DNA of 64,000 nt from Pedobacter sp. (GCA_050253415.1 JBFWJC010000003.1:32001-96000), one strand, 5' to 3'. Positions 41,247 through 51,321 are shown, numbered from the stretch's first letter. A program made the numbers and translations. The notes: a model not told the origin generated them from the letters alone.

Positions 41247-42043
41247 CGAAAGCCCCCTGTCACTACCTCAACGTCATATTCGCCACCGATCACAAGGTTC
41301 TCCTCTTCTCCGCGCAGCAAGGCGGAGGAAAACAGTCCGTTAAAAAAAAGAATTTTGCTGGTAGGAACCTTTACCGCCAGTACCTTGGAGCCGAATTCCC
41401 AGGCACGTTCAAAATCGCTGGTAAAGGAGTTGAGATTGTTGAGGCGCACCACGCAGTGATGGGGGTCGATTTGCTCCAGCAGTGGATGTTCGTCAAAATC
41501 GTAAATCCCCCGAAACAGCTCGAAGTGTGTTTGTCCGGGAAAGCGTCGCTGCAGTTCATACTGGGCAAATTCGAACAACAGGTCAAACTGGGCTTGAATG
41601 GCGCTGGTGCGTGCGCTGCCGCGCATGCGATCTATGAGATAGCCCTGGTAGGCTTTGGAATGGATATCGGAAATGGGCTGACCGTGATACGTGGGGGTGA
41701 GGCCGAAGCGGCTTTCAACCCAACCTTTGAGGACCGCACCCTCGCGACCATTGGAATCGAACATCCACCCCCGTAAAAATCGTAAGTAACTGTTCTTCAG
41801 ACTCTTCCTTCCGCCGACGGTGGTCTGCTGATCCCATTGGTGCAATTGGAAGGTGACATCCATGTAGTCATGAAACGTGGCTGTACGGCGCTCGGGGTCT
41901 GCCTCTGTTTCAAGGCGTTCAAAAAAACTCCGATGGCTTCGTCGCACCCCCTGCAATTCCAACGGCTTGGGATCCCGATTGAAATGGCGCGACGCTATGG
42001 CCCAGGGCGGCTGGGAACAGTAATTTGTACAGCACGATTGCAC
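41243..42043 (-). CDS. draT: NAD(+)-dinitrogen reductase ADP-ribosyltransferase
   Basis: SYLRFLRGWMFDSN..EGAVLKGWVESRFG, NNLNSFT, GEEENLVIGG; overlaps draG. Confidence 0.96.
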   Translation of the reverse strand: MQSCCTNYCSQPPWAIASRHFNRDPKPLELQGVRRSHRSFFERLETEADPERRTATFHDYMDVTFQLHQWDQQTTVGGRKSLKNSYLRFLRGWMFDSNGREGAVLKGWVESRFGLTPTYHGQPISDIHSKAYQGYLIDRMRGSARTSAIQAQFDLLFEFAQYELQRRFPGQTHFELFRGIYDFDEHPLLEQIDPHHCVVRLNNLNSFTSDFERAWEFGSKVLAVKVPTSKILFFNGLFSSALLRGEEENLVIGGEYDVEVVTGGFR

Positions 42044-42051
42044 TTGGTGGC

Positions 42052-42615
42052 TTACTCCATGGTCAACAGGATGGCTTCCGCCACCTCTTTGAGGGTTTTT
42101 CGCTTATTCATAGCCATGCGCTGAATTTTACGGAATGCATCCTGCTCGGACATGCCTTGTTCTATCAGCACGCCTTTGGCTTTTTCAATGATTTTACGCG
42201 ACTCAAGGGTATCTTTGAGTTTGGCTACTTCCTTGCGCAGACTGGTGACTTCAATAAAGTGATGAATCGCCAGATCGACGGCGGGGAACAACTGGTCTTC
42301 ACGGAACGGTTCAACCACATAATTGCTGATTCCGGCCAGACGTGCTTTTTCGATAGTCTCGTGGTCTGCACGGGTCGTCAGCAATACGATAGGGGTTGGG
42401 CATTTTTTGCTTATTTTTTCAGCAGCAGTGATGCCATCCATAACCGGCATGACGTAATCCATGATGATCAGCAGCGGCTTGTGAGCTTGGGCCATATCGA
42501 TAGCCTGCTGCCCGTTTTCTGCCTCCAGGATATCCGTAAACCCGTATTTTAACAGGGCTTCAGCCACGCGGCGGCGAATTTCGGGTTTGTCGTCAACGAC
42601 CAGTACGCTTTGCAC
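42052..42615 (-). CDS. ANTAR-domain response regulator (GnfR/NasT-like)
   Basis: REC domain (VVDD, IMDYVMP) plus ANTAR (RKIIEKAKGVL..AF..IQRMAM); GTG start after GGAGG. Confidence 0.93.
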   Translation of the reverse strand: MQSVLVVDDKPEIRRRVAEALLKYGFTDILEAENGQQAIDMAQAHKPLLIIMDYVMPVMDGITAAEKISKKCPTPIVLLTTRADHETIEKARLAGISNYVVEPFREDQLFPAVDLAIHHFIEVTSLRKEVAKLKDTLESRKIIEKAKGVLIEQGMSEQDAFRKIQRMAMNKRKTLKEVAEAILLTME

Positions 42616-42672
42616 GGAGTAAACCTCCAAGAAGGAAATGGTGATATGGAGCTATCGATCTCCCTAGTCTTT

Positions 42673-42688
42673 TGCATGATCGGTGCCC
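42673..42688 (-). promoter_or_regulatory. Sigma54 promoter of the regulator-draT-draG operon
   Basis: GGGCAC-CGATC-ATGCA. Confidence 0.7.
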
Positions 42689-42800
42689 AATATAAATATG
42701 CCTGCAGATAAGTCTTGAGATGCCTTTGTCGACCTCCCTGTATGGCGGATTTTGGTATGCTTAATTCAGATCGTTTACACATCTCTGGCGGAGGTCGTCC

Positions 42801-43928
42801 ATGGAAGAAGAAAATCAGAAACTCAAACATCCAGTGGATAAAATAATCAACGTACGTTGCCTGCCGGAATACTACAGTGGGTGTCTTTTGGGGGGCGCGG
42901 TTGCTGATGCTCTGGGGGCATCTGCCGAAGGCTTGAGCCCGGCTGCTATCCATGAGCACTTCGGGGCGGCGGGAGTGCGCGATTATGGGCTGGTTTTTGG
43001 CCGCGAGGGCGCTGTTACCGCGCATACCCAACTGGCTTTATTTACCGCCGAGGGTGTACTCAGGGCTAAGGTCAAGGCCGAGGAATATTCGACCCCATTG
43101 TCGATTGTGGCGCCGGTTTACAATGCTTATCAACGCTGGCTAGCGACTCAGGACGGTATCTGCGATGCGAGTATGTTTGTCGGTATCGGCGGCGGCCAAC
43201 TGATACGTTGGCCCGACCTATACCAGAATCGCCATGCCGAGGCTTGTTGTCTCGAGGCTTTGACCGGTGGTCGCCTGGGACAGCCGGACTTACCTATAAA
43301 TGATGATCGTGGGTGCGGCGCAGCCGTGCGTATGGCTCCTCTGGGGCTGTTTTATTGCTCGGAAAGTATTTTCAGGCGCCTCGACCCGGCTACAGTCGAT
43401 CAAACGTTATTTACCACCGGTTGCCAGTTAGGTGCTCTGACCCATGGGCACCCCGATGCTTTTCTGGCCGCAGCCTGTCAGGCATTGCTGGTTTTCAGGC
43501 TGATTCGGGGCGATGAACTTTATGACGCCGTGCAAAATACTCTGGCTATCCTTGTTCAACATCCGCGTCATGAACCGTGCCGCAGTCGTCTTGAAGACGT
43601 GTTGACGGGTAACCACGGAGCAGAAACGCCTGACGACGAGAATTACATGACGGCTTCACAGATTCTGGCGCAAGCCATTCGGTGTGCGCTGGAGGCTCAT
43701 GGAGATTTTTCACGGGGTGTGTTGGCGGCGGTCAACCTTGGTGGTCCGAGCGCCGGTCGCGCAGCTTTGACCGGCCAGTTGCTGGGTGCCTCGCTGGGAC
43801 GCGGCAGCATACCCGATGGCTGGTTGAGGCGGTTGGAATTGCACGATGTCATCGACGGGATATCCGAGGATCTTTTTGTTGGCTTTGAGCCGAGTGGCAA
43901 CTGGTTGGAGAAATACCCTGCGTGGTAA
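42801..43928 (+). CDS. ADP-ribosylglycohydrolase-fold protein lacking the catalytic acidic residues
   Basis: GCLLGGAVADALG, GCGAAVRMAP, LTHGHP, IPDGW; TDDT replaced by TAHT and DxDT replaced by PSAG. Confidence 0.85.
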   Translation: MEEENQKLKHPVDKIINVRCLPEYYSGCLLGGAVADALGASAEGLSPAAIHEHFGAAGVRDYGLVFGREGAVTAHTQLALFTAEGVLRAKVKAEEYSTPLSIVAPVYNAYQRWLATQDGICDASMFVGIGGGQLIRWPDLYQNRHAEACCLEALTGGRLGQPDLPINDDRGCGAAVRMAPLGLFYCSESIFRRLDPATVDQTLFTTGCQLGALTHGHPDAFLAAACQALLVFRLIRGDELYDAVQNTLAILVQHPRHEPCRSRLEDVLTGNHGAETPDDENYMTASQILAQAIRCALEAHGDFSRGVLAAVNLGGPSAGRAALTGQLLGASLGRGSIPDGWLRRLELHDVIDGISEDLFVGFEPSGNWLEKYPAW

Positions 43929-44075
43929 TCCTTGAATTCGGAATTCCTTTTATGCTTTCATGAAAGGCACAGATCTGAATTAATAATGGACGTCCAACTG
44001 CTGCAGGTATCACCCTTTGGAAAGTCCATTGTTGTAAAGGGATGAGAAGACTGTTTTTCCGGTGAGGAGTGTTTA

Positions 44076-44792
44076 ATGCCTGAGCAACCTGCCAGTCGTA
44101 AATGGACCGCATCCCTTTTGCTAAAGGGGGCATTGATACTGTTGCTGATCCTGCTGTTGCTGGTTTTTTTGCATTATCTGGGACCGCAGCAGTTGTTGCA
44201 ACAGGCACTCTCGATGATCGATGGTTTGGGAGCATGGGGACCACTGTTGTTTGTTGTTCTGTATGTGCTGGCGACGGTATTCATGATCCCCGGTCTGATC
44301 CTGACCCTGGGGGCGGGGGTGCTGTTCGGGGTCTTGCAGGGCACGGTCCTGGTCTCGGTTGCCTCCATTCTTGGCGCCACGGCTGCCTTTTTGCTGGGGA
44401 GGTCAGCGGGCAGGGAGCGGGTAGCGGCGCATATTGCCAAAAATCCCCGGGTTGACGCGATTGATCGGGCTGTGGCCCGCGAAGGCTGGAAAATTGTAAT
44501 GTTAACCCGGCTTTCGCCGGTCTTTCCCTTTAATGTGCTTAATTACGCTTTTAGTCTGACGCGCGTTTCCTTACGACATTATTTCTGGGCCTCGTGGCTG
44601 GGTATGTTGCCCGGTACCGCCATGTACGTTTATGTCGGTTCCCTGGCCGGGGACCTGGCGCGTCTGGGCAGCGGGGAAGCAACACGTACCGCAGGTGAAT
44701 GGGCCCTGTACCTGGTAGGACTGGTCGCCACGGTGGCGGTGACCTTGTACGTGACCCATGTAGCGAGGGCGGCTTTGCGGGATAAGGTCTGA
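44076..44792 (+). CDS. TVP38/TMEM64 (DedA/VTT) membrane protein
   Basis: LTLGAGVLFG, LTRLSPVFPFNVLNY, GMLPGT. Confidence 0.93.
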   Translation: MPEQPASRKWTASLLLKGALILLLILLLLVFLHYLGPQQLLQQALSMIDGLGAWGPLLFVVLYVLATVFMIPGLILTLGAGVLFGVLQGTVLVSVASILGATAAFLLGRSAGRERVAAHIAKNPRVDAIDRAVAREGWKIVMLTRLSPVFPFNVLNYAFSLTRVSLRHYFWASWLGMLPGTAMYVYVGSLAGDLARLGSGEATRTAGEWALYLVGLVATVAVTLYVTHVARAALRDKV

Positions 44793-44815
44793 CTCGTTGA
44801 TAAAATATTTTGGTT

Positions 44816-44867
44816 TTCTCACCACCCGCTTGATGCTCTCGCTGGAGCCTCAAGCGGGTGGTGAGAA
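44816..44867. other. 18-bp inverted repeat between the TVP38 gene and the fusion gene
   Basis: TTCTCACCACCCGCTTGA...TCAAGCGGGTGGTGAGAA; no T tail. Confidence 0.65.
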
Positions 44868-44956
44868 TGCCTTGCTGACTTGGCACCGTCCATTCTCTAC
44901 ACTTCTACCGGAGCCATGTGCATAACCGTAAAATAACAAATCCGAAAGGGTTCTGC

Positions 44957-47900
44957 ATGGAATTCGAGCTTCACCGCTGGCAGCGTTTGGAATGGCAGGG
45001 GATGCCCCTTTATCTGCGGCCTGACCAGCCGTCCTGGTTTGTGCCCAATACCTCCGGCGATCGCGTTTTATGTGCCTTGCAAGAGGATTCATCGGTTCCG
45101 TCGGACTACGCCGTTCAGCGTTTTTTACAGCGACTTCCTGTAGGTGCCGCATCCGATTACCCAGGCCGTGGCCATCTGTTGCAAACAGATACCTTGCGTG
45201 AACTCTGGTTTCATGTCACCAACCGCTGCAATATGAGTTGTCGGCATTGCATGTTCGGTTCGGGACCACGCGACAGCGCAGAACTCGATGCTGATCGCAT
45301 AATTGAACTGGCGCGGCAGGCTTCGTCACTCGGTTGTCGCGTGTTTGCCCTGACCGGTGGCGAACCGCTGGTCCATCGACGTTTTGAGTATATTGCCCGG
45401 AACCTGCTGGAGCTGCCGGACAGCCGTCTGGTGCTCATGACCAACGGTATGCTGTTGAGCAAGGTGTTGCCCCGGATTCTGGTCGACCGGCAACGCTTGC
45501 ACCTGCAGATCAGCGTCGACGGCCTGCGCGGCCGGCATGATCGCTTGCGCGGCGCCGGCAGTTTCGACGGATTGATGGAGCAGTTGCGTTGGCTGCGTCG
45601 TCACAAGATGCCATTTACCCTGTCCATGTGCGTGACGGCCTCCAATGTGGACGACATGCCTGGGATCATCGGTCTGGCTGCCGAGCATGGCAGCAAAAAT
45701 GTTCATTTTATGTGGTACTTTGTGCGCGGCCGTGGCGGGGAAGAAGATTCCGTGGACAGTGAGCGTATCTTTTCCCATCTTCTGCGGGCGCAGGCAGTAG
45801 CCGAACGACATGGCATTACCATCGATAATCTGCAAGCCCTTAAAACCCAGATTTTCGCCCCTCCGGGCACCGTGCATGATGGATCCAACAATGGGTGGGA
45901 ATCGCTGGCGGTAGGTGCGGACGGTCGGATCTATCCCTCGGCAGCCCTGGTTGGCGTGCCGGAACTGGCCTCGGATATCACCCTGGATCTGGCTACGACC
46001 TGGCGCAACAGTTCGGTATTGGAATCAATCCGCCAGACTACCGCTGCAGAGCTGACTTCCCCCTGGCGCTTTTTGCTGGGCGGTGGCGACCTCGATCACA
46101 GCTACCTGGCCAGCGGACGCTATGTCGGAGGAGACCCGTATCTGCCGTTGTATGAAAAAATGGCTTGCTGGCTGATTAAACGTCAGTCGGCTTTGCAGTC
46201 GGATGCCGGCAAGCCCGGGTTGCGGCTTAAAATGGGAGATATGCTGGAAAGCTGCGGCGCTCACGGAGCGGTGGCGCTGCTGCATTCCAACTGTCTGCTG
46301 GCCCTGGCCGGCCAGGACAGCCATGCGGCGGTCAAGGACTATTATCGCGCTGCAGCCACCGAGGATCGCGAGGAAATCCTCAACCCCGTCTGCTATGACG
46401 AGGCCCTTATCGCTCATATTCCCGAAAAATATCGGTTTCGTGGTTATGGTTGCGGCAGCCCGGTCCTCGATGCCGCACTGCAACCGGGCGAAACGGTCGT
46501 CGATCTCGGTTCGGGACGGGGTGTCGAATGTTTTATTGCTGCCCGTCAGGTTGGTGCCCGTGGCAAGGCGATCGGGGTCGACATGCTCGAACCGATGCTG
46601 GCTGCTGCGCAGCTTGGCGCCGCAGCGGTAGCTAACAACCTTGGTTATCGCAACCTTGAATTCCGGCATGGCTACCTGGAGCAACTGCCGCTGGAGGATC
46701 AGTCCGTGGACGTGGTGCTGTCCAACTGCGTCATGAACCTGTCGCCGGATAAACGGCGGGCTTTTGGCGAGATTCTGCGGGTGTTGCGACCTGGCGGTCG
46801 ATTGGTTATTTCCGACGTGGTTTGCGAAGAAGAACCGGGTGCGGTCATACGCAACGACGACATCCTGCGCGGAGAATGCATCGGCGGGGCTCTTACCCAA
46901 CGCGACCTGGTGGGCATTCTCGAAGAAGCAGGGTTTAGTGCGGTGCGACTGCTCAAGCGTTTCCCCTACCGGGTGGTGGGTGGGCATCCCTTCTTTTCGC
47001 TGACTTACCAGGCGGTTAAAAGGGTATCCACCGAGGCGGTCAGGGTACTTTGGCGGGGTCCTTTGTCGGCGATCACCCCGGATGGTGCTGTGTTGGTGCC
47101 CGGTGACATTACCACCCTGGATCGGGTGCAGGCTGATCTGATGGGGGAGGGGGTATTCCAACTCGATGCGCAGGGCGCCGTGACCAATCTCGATCTGGGT
47201 CAGAGTTGCTGCTGTACCCTGCCTCCGGAGTCCCGGCAACCGGAGTCGACGCATAGCGTCCCCCGGTTTCTATCCGGTTGCATGGTCTGCGGGGCGTCCC
47301 TGAGGTATCTTGATCAGGACCAACAACAGGAGTGTCACTTCTGTGGGGAGCCAGGGACCACCCGCGCCATCTGCACCAATGGGCATTATGTATGCGATGC
47401 TTGTCACGCCGAAGATGCCCGACAAGTCATTGAACGTGTTTGTCTTGCCACCGGTGAAACGGATATGCTGAAGCTGTTCGCCGAGATTACCGCACATCCG
47501 ACGTTTCCCGATAATGGACCGGAATATCATGCCCTGGTACCCGGCGTGATATTGGCCACTGCGCGCAACCTTGGATTGCAGGTCTCAAACGAGACCCTGC
47601 TGGCCGGTATTCGACGCGGGGCGCAGGTATCTGGCGGCAGCTGTGCCTTCTGGGGGGTATGCGGCGGGGCAACCGGTGTCGGGGTGGCCTTCAGCCTGCT
47701 TCTCGAAGCAAATCCCATGAAAGCCATGGCCCGCCAGGCGGTGCAGACTGTTGTACAGCAGGTGTTGGCCGAGATCAGCAGCCTGCAGGCAGCGCGTTGC
47801 TGCCGACGGGACAGCGTAATGGCACTGCGAAGAGCGGCGCAGCTTTCGGCAGGATTGCTTTCGGTTACGCTGCGAGCGGAGGATGCTATCGCCTGCTCGG

Positions 47901-47995
47901 ACCATCGACAGAAAGAAGGTTGCCTGGGGCGTCAATGTCCCTTGAGGAAGGAGTTTCGGCTGCTTTCCCGCGGGAGCGGCACGGAGGATAAATAA
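44957..47995 (+). CDS. Multidomain radical SAM / ArsM-like SAM methyltransferase / Cys-rich (DUF5714-like) fusion
   Basis: TNRCNMSCRHC, LTGGEP; GYGCGSP, VVDLGSGRG, VVLSNCVMNL, GECIGGA; CMVC, CHFC, CDACH, GSCAFWGVCG, ARCC. Confidence 0.88.
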   Translation: MEFELHRWQRLEWQGMPLYLRPDQPSWFVPNTSGDRVLCALQEDSSVPSDYAVQRFLQRLPVGAASDYPGRGHLLQTDTLRELWFHVTNRCNMSCRHCMFGSGPRDSAELDADRIIELARQASSLGCRVFALTGGEPLVHRRFEYIARNLLELPDSRLVLMTNGMLLSKVLPRILVDRQRLHLQISVDGLRGRHDRLRGAGSFDGLMEQLRWLRRHKMPFTLSMCVTASNVDDMPGIIGLAAEHGSKNVHFMWYFVRGRGGEEDSVDSERIFSHLLRAQAVAERHGITIDNLQALKTQIFAPPGTVHDGSNNGWESLAVGADGRIYPSAALVGVPELASDITLDLATTWRNSSVLESIRQTTAAELTSPWRFLLGGGDLDHSYLASGRYVGGDPYLPLYEKMACWLIKRQSALQSDAGKPGLRLKMGDMLESCGAHGAVALLHSNCLLALAGQDSHAAVKDYYRAAATEDREEILNPVCYDEALIAHIPEKYRFRGYGCGSPVLDAALQPGETVVDLGSGRGVECFIAARQVGARGKAIGVDMLEPMLAAAQLGAAAVANNLGYRNLEFRHGYLEQLPLEDQSVDVVLSNCVMNLSPDKRRAFGEILRVLRPGGRLVISDVVCEEEPGAVIRNDDILRGECIGGALTQRDLVGILEEAGFSAVRLLKRFPYRVVGGHPFFSLTYQAVKRVSTEAVRVLWRGPLSAITPDGAVLVPGDITTLDRVQADLMGEGVFQLDAQGAVTNLDLGQSCCCTLPPESRQPESTHSVPRFLSGCMVCGASLRYLDQDQQQECHFCGEPGTTRAICTNGHYVCDACHAEDARQVIERVCLATGETDMLKLFAEITAHPTFPDNGPEYHALVPGVILATARNLGLQVSNETLLAGIRRGAQVSGGSCAFWGVCGGATGVGVAFSLLLEANPMKAMARQAVQTVVQQVLAEISSLQAARCCRRDSVMALRRAAQLSAGLLSVTLRAEDAIACSDHRQKEGCLGRQCPLRKEFRLLSRGSGTEDK

Positions 47996-48083
47996 AATCA
48001 GGGGGTGGAGTGTCGACGGCTATCCGCCAATCAGGCAACTTTCCCCTGAAAAAAAGTTTTTTTAACGATTTTCGGAGAATACC

Positions 48084-48563
48084 ATGGACATAACTTTTAG
48101 CCCCATCGGCACCATTCGCACCCCCTTTGCTGAAATTAAAGGTACTCCGGTGCAACCCTCCGCCTCACGCGGCACCATCGGGCGTATTGAACTCAACGAA
48201 GACCTCGTCCCGGGGCTTTCCGACCTGGATGGTTTTTCCCATCTCATCCTGATCTACCACTTTGATCGCAGCAGTGGTTACAACCTGGAAGTGCTGCCCT
48301 TCATGGACACGCAACCGCGTGGCTTGTTTGCAACCCGAGCCCCCAAACGCCCCAACCCCATCGGCCTGTCCGTCGTCAAATTGTTGCGCATCGAGGGTTC
48401 GGTGCTGCATATCGAAAACATCGACGTACTGGATGGCACGCCGCTGCTCGACATCAAACCCTACGTGCCCCAACTGGACCAGGCACCCGAGGTACGCATC
48501 GGCTGGATGGCGGACAAAATGGAGTTGGCAGCTGTGGCCACTGCTGACGAGCGGTTTAAATAA
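48084..48563 (+). CDS. tsaA: TsaA/TrmO (YaeB) family SAM-binding tRNA methyltransferase
   Basis: PIGTIRTP, GLFATRAPKRPNPIGLS, DGTPLLDIKPY. Confidence 0.92.
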   Translation: MDITFSPIGTIRTPFAEIKGTPVQPSASRGTIGRIELNEDLVPGLSDLDGFSHLILIYHFDRSSGYNLEVLPFMDTQPRGLFATRAPKRPNPIGLSVVKLLRIEGSVLHIENIDVLDGTPLLDIKPYVPQLDQAPEVRIGWMADKMELAAVATADERFK

Positions 48564-48638
48564 CTTTTCAGGCACGACCTTTAATGGCATCGTGCCATGC
48601 GGGCCGCCGAGTATTCCGTTATCCTTAAAAAAATGAAA

Positions 48639-48722
48639 AACAGGGATACTCAGGATGTTCAGGATAAGACCCTGTAGACCAATCTTTTGGTTTTAATCCT
48701 GGGTATCCTGCATATCCCTTTT
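48639..48722. repeat. Palindromic 9-mer repeat element
   Basis: CAGGGATACTCAGGATGTTCAGGATAA ... ATCCTGGGTATCCTGCATATCCCT; same family as 28699-28781. Confidence 0.75.
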
Positions 48723-48832
48723 ATGTTCAGACATGATTGAAATGCAATCAGTGGCAATATTGACAGCAGCCGCTCGCTGGTTTTTTTCAGGCACACGCAC
48801 CGCAGGATGTTTTGCTGCGAATCGCTGACACA

Positions 48833-49468
48833 TCAATGAATGAAATTCATGAAGGTTTTAGCTTCTCTCTCTGGTGCTTCGACCGTGTTTTTGCCGTTTT
48901 CAACCAGTTTCATCATCCATGCCATGTTCTTCCCCAACACCCGCATGATCTGTACGCCCTCTGCGTCTTGGGTTGCTTCCCCCGGACGGGTTCCATGAAT
49001 CACATTCCAATAGTTGGAAGTCGCTATCAACATCTCTGAATAGCATAAATAATTGTTCAGTTGATCGAATGTGGGCAGGCCGCCTGAGCGCCTTACTGCG
49101 ACAACGCATGCGCCGACCTTGTGGCGTAGCATGCCATTATTCATGCTGGTCACATAGAACGCCCGATCAAGAAACGATTTCATGGAACCAGCTATGGCCG
49201 AGAAATAAACCGGGGAGCCTAAAAGGATTCCATCCGCCTGTTTCATTTTTTGAATCCACTGATTGACCTCATCGCCCGGCAGCACACATTGTTCATTTTT
49301 ATTTTTTATGCACTTGTTGCAAGCGATACATCCCTGGATCTTCTGGTTTCCAACCTGGATAATTTCAATTTCTATTCCCTCTTTTGCGAGTTCCGCAGCA
49401 ACCAGGTTTATGGCATGAAAGGTGTTGCCCTCTTTGTTTGGACTGCCGTTAAATGCGAGCATTTTCAT
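48833..49468 (-). CDS. Iron-sulfur flavoprotein / flavodoxin-fold FMN reductase
   Basis: NGSPNKEGNT, CIACNKC..C, GSPVYF, RRSGG. Confidence 0.92.
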   Translation of the reverse strand: MKMLAFNGSPNKEGNTFHAINLVAAELAKEGIEIEIIQVGNQKIQGCIACNKCIKNKNEQCVLPGDEVNQWIQKMKQADGILLGSPVYFSAIAGSMKSFLDRAFYVTSMNNGMLRHKVGACVVAVRRSGGLPTFDQLNNYLCYSEMLIATSNYWNVIHGTRPGEATQDAEGVQIMRVLGKNMAWMMKLVENGKNTVEAPEREAKTFMNFIH

Positions 49469-49572
49469 CGTTTGTTTCTCCTGTTGGGTGTGTTTTGCCT
49501 GGGTCGGAAAAGGCTCTGTTTCCTTTTGAAATCAATTGCGTTATATTTATTCATACGATCATAGAAAGCAAT

Positions 49573-49612
49573 TACGTACTTTCTGGGTACGTAGTATCTT
49601 TTTAGGTACGTA
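49573..49612. promoter_or_regulatory. Tandem palindromic operator candidates for the HxlR-family regulator
   Basis: TACGTAC-N7-GTACGTA followed by a second GTA...GTACGTA between divergent genes. Confidence 0.55.
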
Positions 49613-49628
49613 AACATCAGGAGTCGAG

Positions 49629-49979
49629 ATGCAAACAAATCAGACGGCAGCGAAACCTATGATTTATCGGGACAAGGAATACAAATGTGGCATTGACGTC
49701 ACCCTGGCAGTGGTCGGAGGGAAATACAAGGCATCGATCCTCTGGCACCTGGCGCAGGACGTCATGCGGTTTTCCGAGTTGCAGCGGCAATTCTCAAACA
49801 CTACCCGCAAAATGCTGACTCAGCAACTGCGAGAACTTGAAGCCGACGGATTGGTGCACCGTGAGGTCTACCCGCAGGTGCCGCCCAAGGTTGAATACTC
49901 ACTGACCGTGAAGGGAAGAAGTATCTATCCCATTCTTGAAAAAATGTGTGAATGGGGACAGGTGTTTTTGCAGGATTGA
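49629..49979 (+). CDS. HxlR-family winged-helix regulator
   Basis: GGKYK..IL, RFSEL, KMLTQQLRELE, VPPKVEYSLT. Confidence 0.95.
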   Translation: MQTNQTAAKPMIYRDKEYKCGIDVTLAVVGGKYKASILWHLAQDVMRFSELQRQFSNTTRKMLTQQLRELEADGLVHREVYPQVPPKVEYSLTVKGRSIYPILEKMCEWGQVFLQD

Positions 49980-50212
49980 AGATGTCGTTTCGTTTTATCT
50001 GTCAGGGGGGAAGGCGTAGCAAAATATCCGTATGTTCGTCGGCACGATATGGAAAAGCATTATGGACATTAATGTCCTTTACTTATAGGATGGCCCGAGT
50101 AAGAAGATGTGCATGATTCCGCCACGTCCCGTTCAGTGGATCCGTCAGTATGAAAGTTCAACCGCGGATAAATGGCAATTCCCGCATGATTCCGAGAATA
50201 AGGGAGAATGTA

Positions 50213-50911
50213 ATGCAAAATATTCGGACTGAAAAATTAAAATTATTTTGCAAGGGCTGGGGGTACTCCTTCATCATTGCTTTCGTAATCGCAACCTCTT
50301 TCAAGTCAGCTGTAGCTGACTGGAATATTGTCCCTACCGGTTCTATGAAACCCACTATTGTGGAAGGGGATCGAATATTTGTGAATAAGCTGGCTTATGA
50401 CTTGAAAATCCCATACACAACATTTCATATTGCGGAGTGGAGTCATCCCCAACCAGGCGACATCGTGGTTTTTTATTCACCTGCGGATGGAAAACGTTTG
50501 GTTAAAAGGGTGGTCGGGAAACCTGGCGATACGATAGAAATGCAGAATAATCAACTCGTCATAAACGGGAAAAGGCTTTCTTATGATCCTGTTAACGACT
50601 CGGAAATAAATGGTTTTTCCCCTGCTATGGATGCGAACCAGTATGCCTTTCTCGAAAACCTTAGCCAAACACGCCATCCTTTAATGATTACACCTCAACG
50701 TTCAGCGCTTCGCTCTTTTGGTCCTGTGGTGATTCCAGAGGGTAACTATTTTATGATGGGGGATAATCGTGACAACAGCGCGGATTCAAGATATTTCGGT
50801 TTCGTCGAGCGAAGCCGCGTTGTCGGCCAGGCTACATCTATCGTTATTTCCCTCGATATCAATGATAAATATCGGCCGCGTTGGGGGCGGTTTTTTACCG
50901 AGTTGCCATAG
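50213..50911 (+). CDS. lepB: Signal peptidase I
   Basis: PTGSMKPT (Ser), LVKRVVG (Lys), MGDNRDNSADSRYFG. Confidence 0.95.
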   Translation: MQNIRTEKLKLFCKGWGYSFIIAFVIATSFKSAVADWNIVPTGSMKPTIVEGDRIFVNKLAYDLKIPYTTFHIAEWSHPQPGDIVVFYSPADGKRLVKRVVGKPGDTIEMQNNQLVINGKRLSYDPVNDSEINGFSPAMDANQYAFLENLSQTRHPLMITPQRSALRSFGPVVIPEGNYFMMGDNRDNSADSRYFGFVERSRVVGQATSIVISLDINDKYRPRWGRFFTELP

Positions 50912-51162
50912 ATTTTGAATTTAAATGACTGACAAACCAGGTAGCGCACTTAAAAACCCAGGGCATAGTATTTTGCGGATGTCCGTTTAATCAACTCTCT
51001 ACGACCTTGGCGATTGTCAGTTTTACGCCCTGTTCCACTATGCGCGAAAGTTTGTGAACATTCACTGCCCTGATTTCCACCGATCAAACCTTTTCATGGA
51101 TTTGTTCGTAACCTGTCCAGCGTTCAGACCATCCTCCCCCCAAATCTGACAATATACGATGG

Positions 51163-51234
51163 CGTTAGTCCTTGAGATACATAACGCATTTGACAATTAC
51201 GCGCGGGATTCGTTATATTTCCCAAGACATATCG
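51163..51234 (+). promoter_or_regulatory. Two ModE-type boxes around a sigma70 promoter of wtpABC
   Basis: CGTTAGTC-N8-ACATAACG (51163-51186) and CGTTATAT-N8-ACATATCG (51211-51234); TTGACA at 51190, TATATT at 51214. Confidence 0.75.
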
Positions 51235-51321
51235 CATGCTGTAACCTATTGCCTGTCCGGATGATGGGCGGGTTCTGCCGCGATTTTATGCTACTTGGGG
51301 AGTTTTTAAGGAGGAAGAACA

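Noticed and set aside
44881..44896. TGGCAC as a sigma54 promoter for the fusion gene
   Set aside because: The -12 position reads ATTCT, with no GC
51120..51320. Moco/Tuco riboswitch ahead of wtpA
   Set aside because: I could not see the conserved riboswitch structure; ModE-type DNA boxes explain the pattern better. An Rfam scan would settle it
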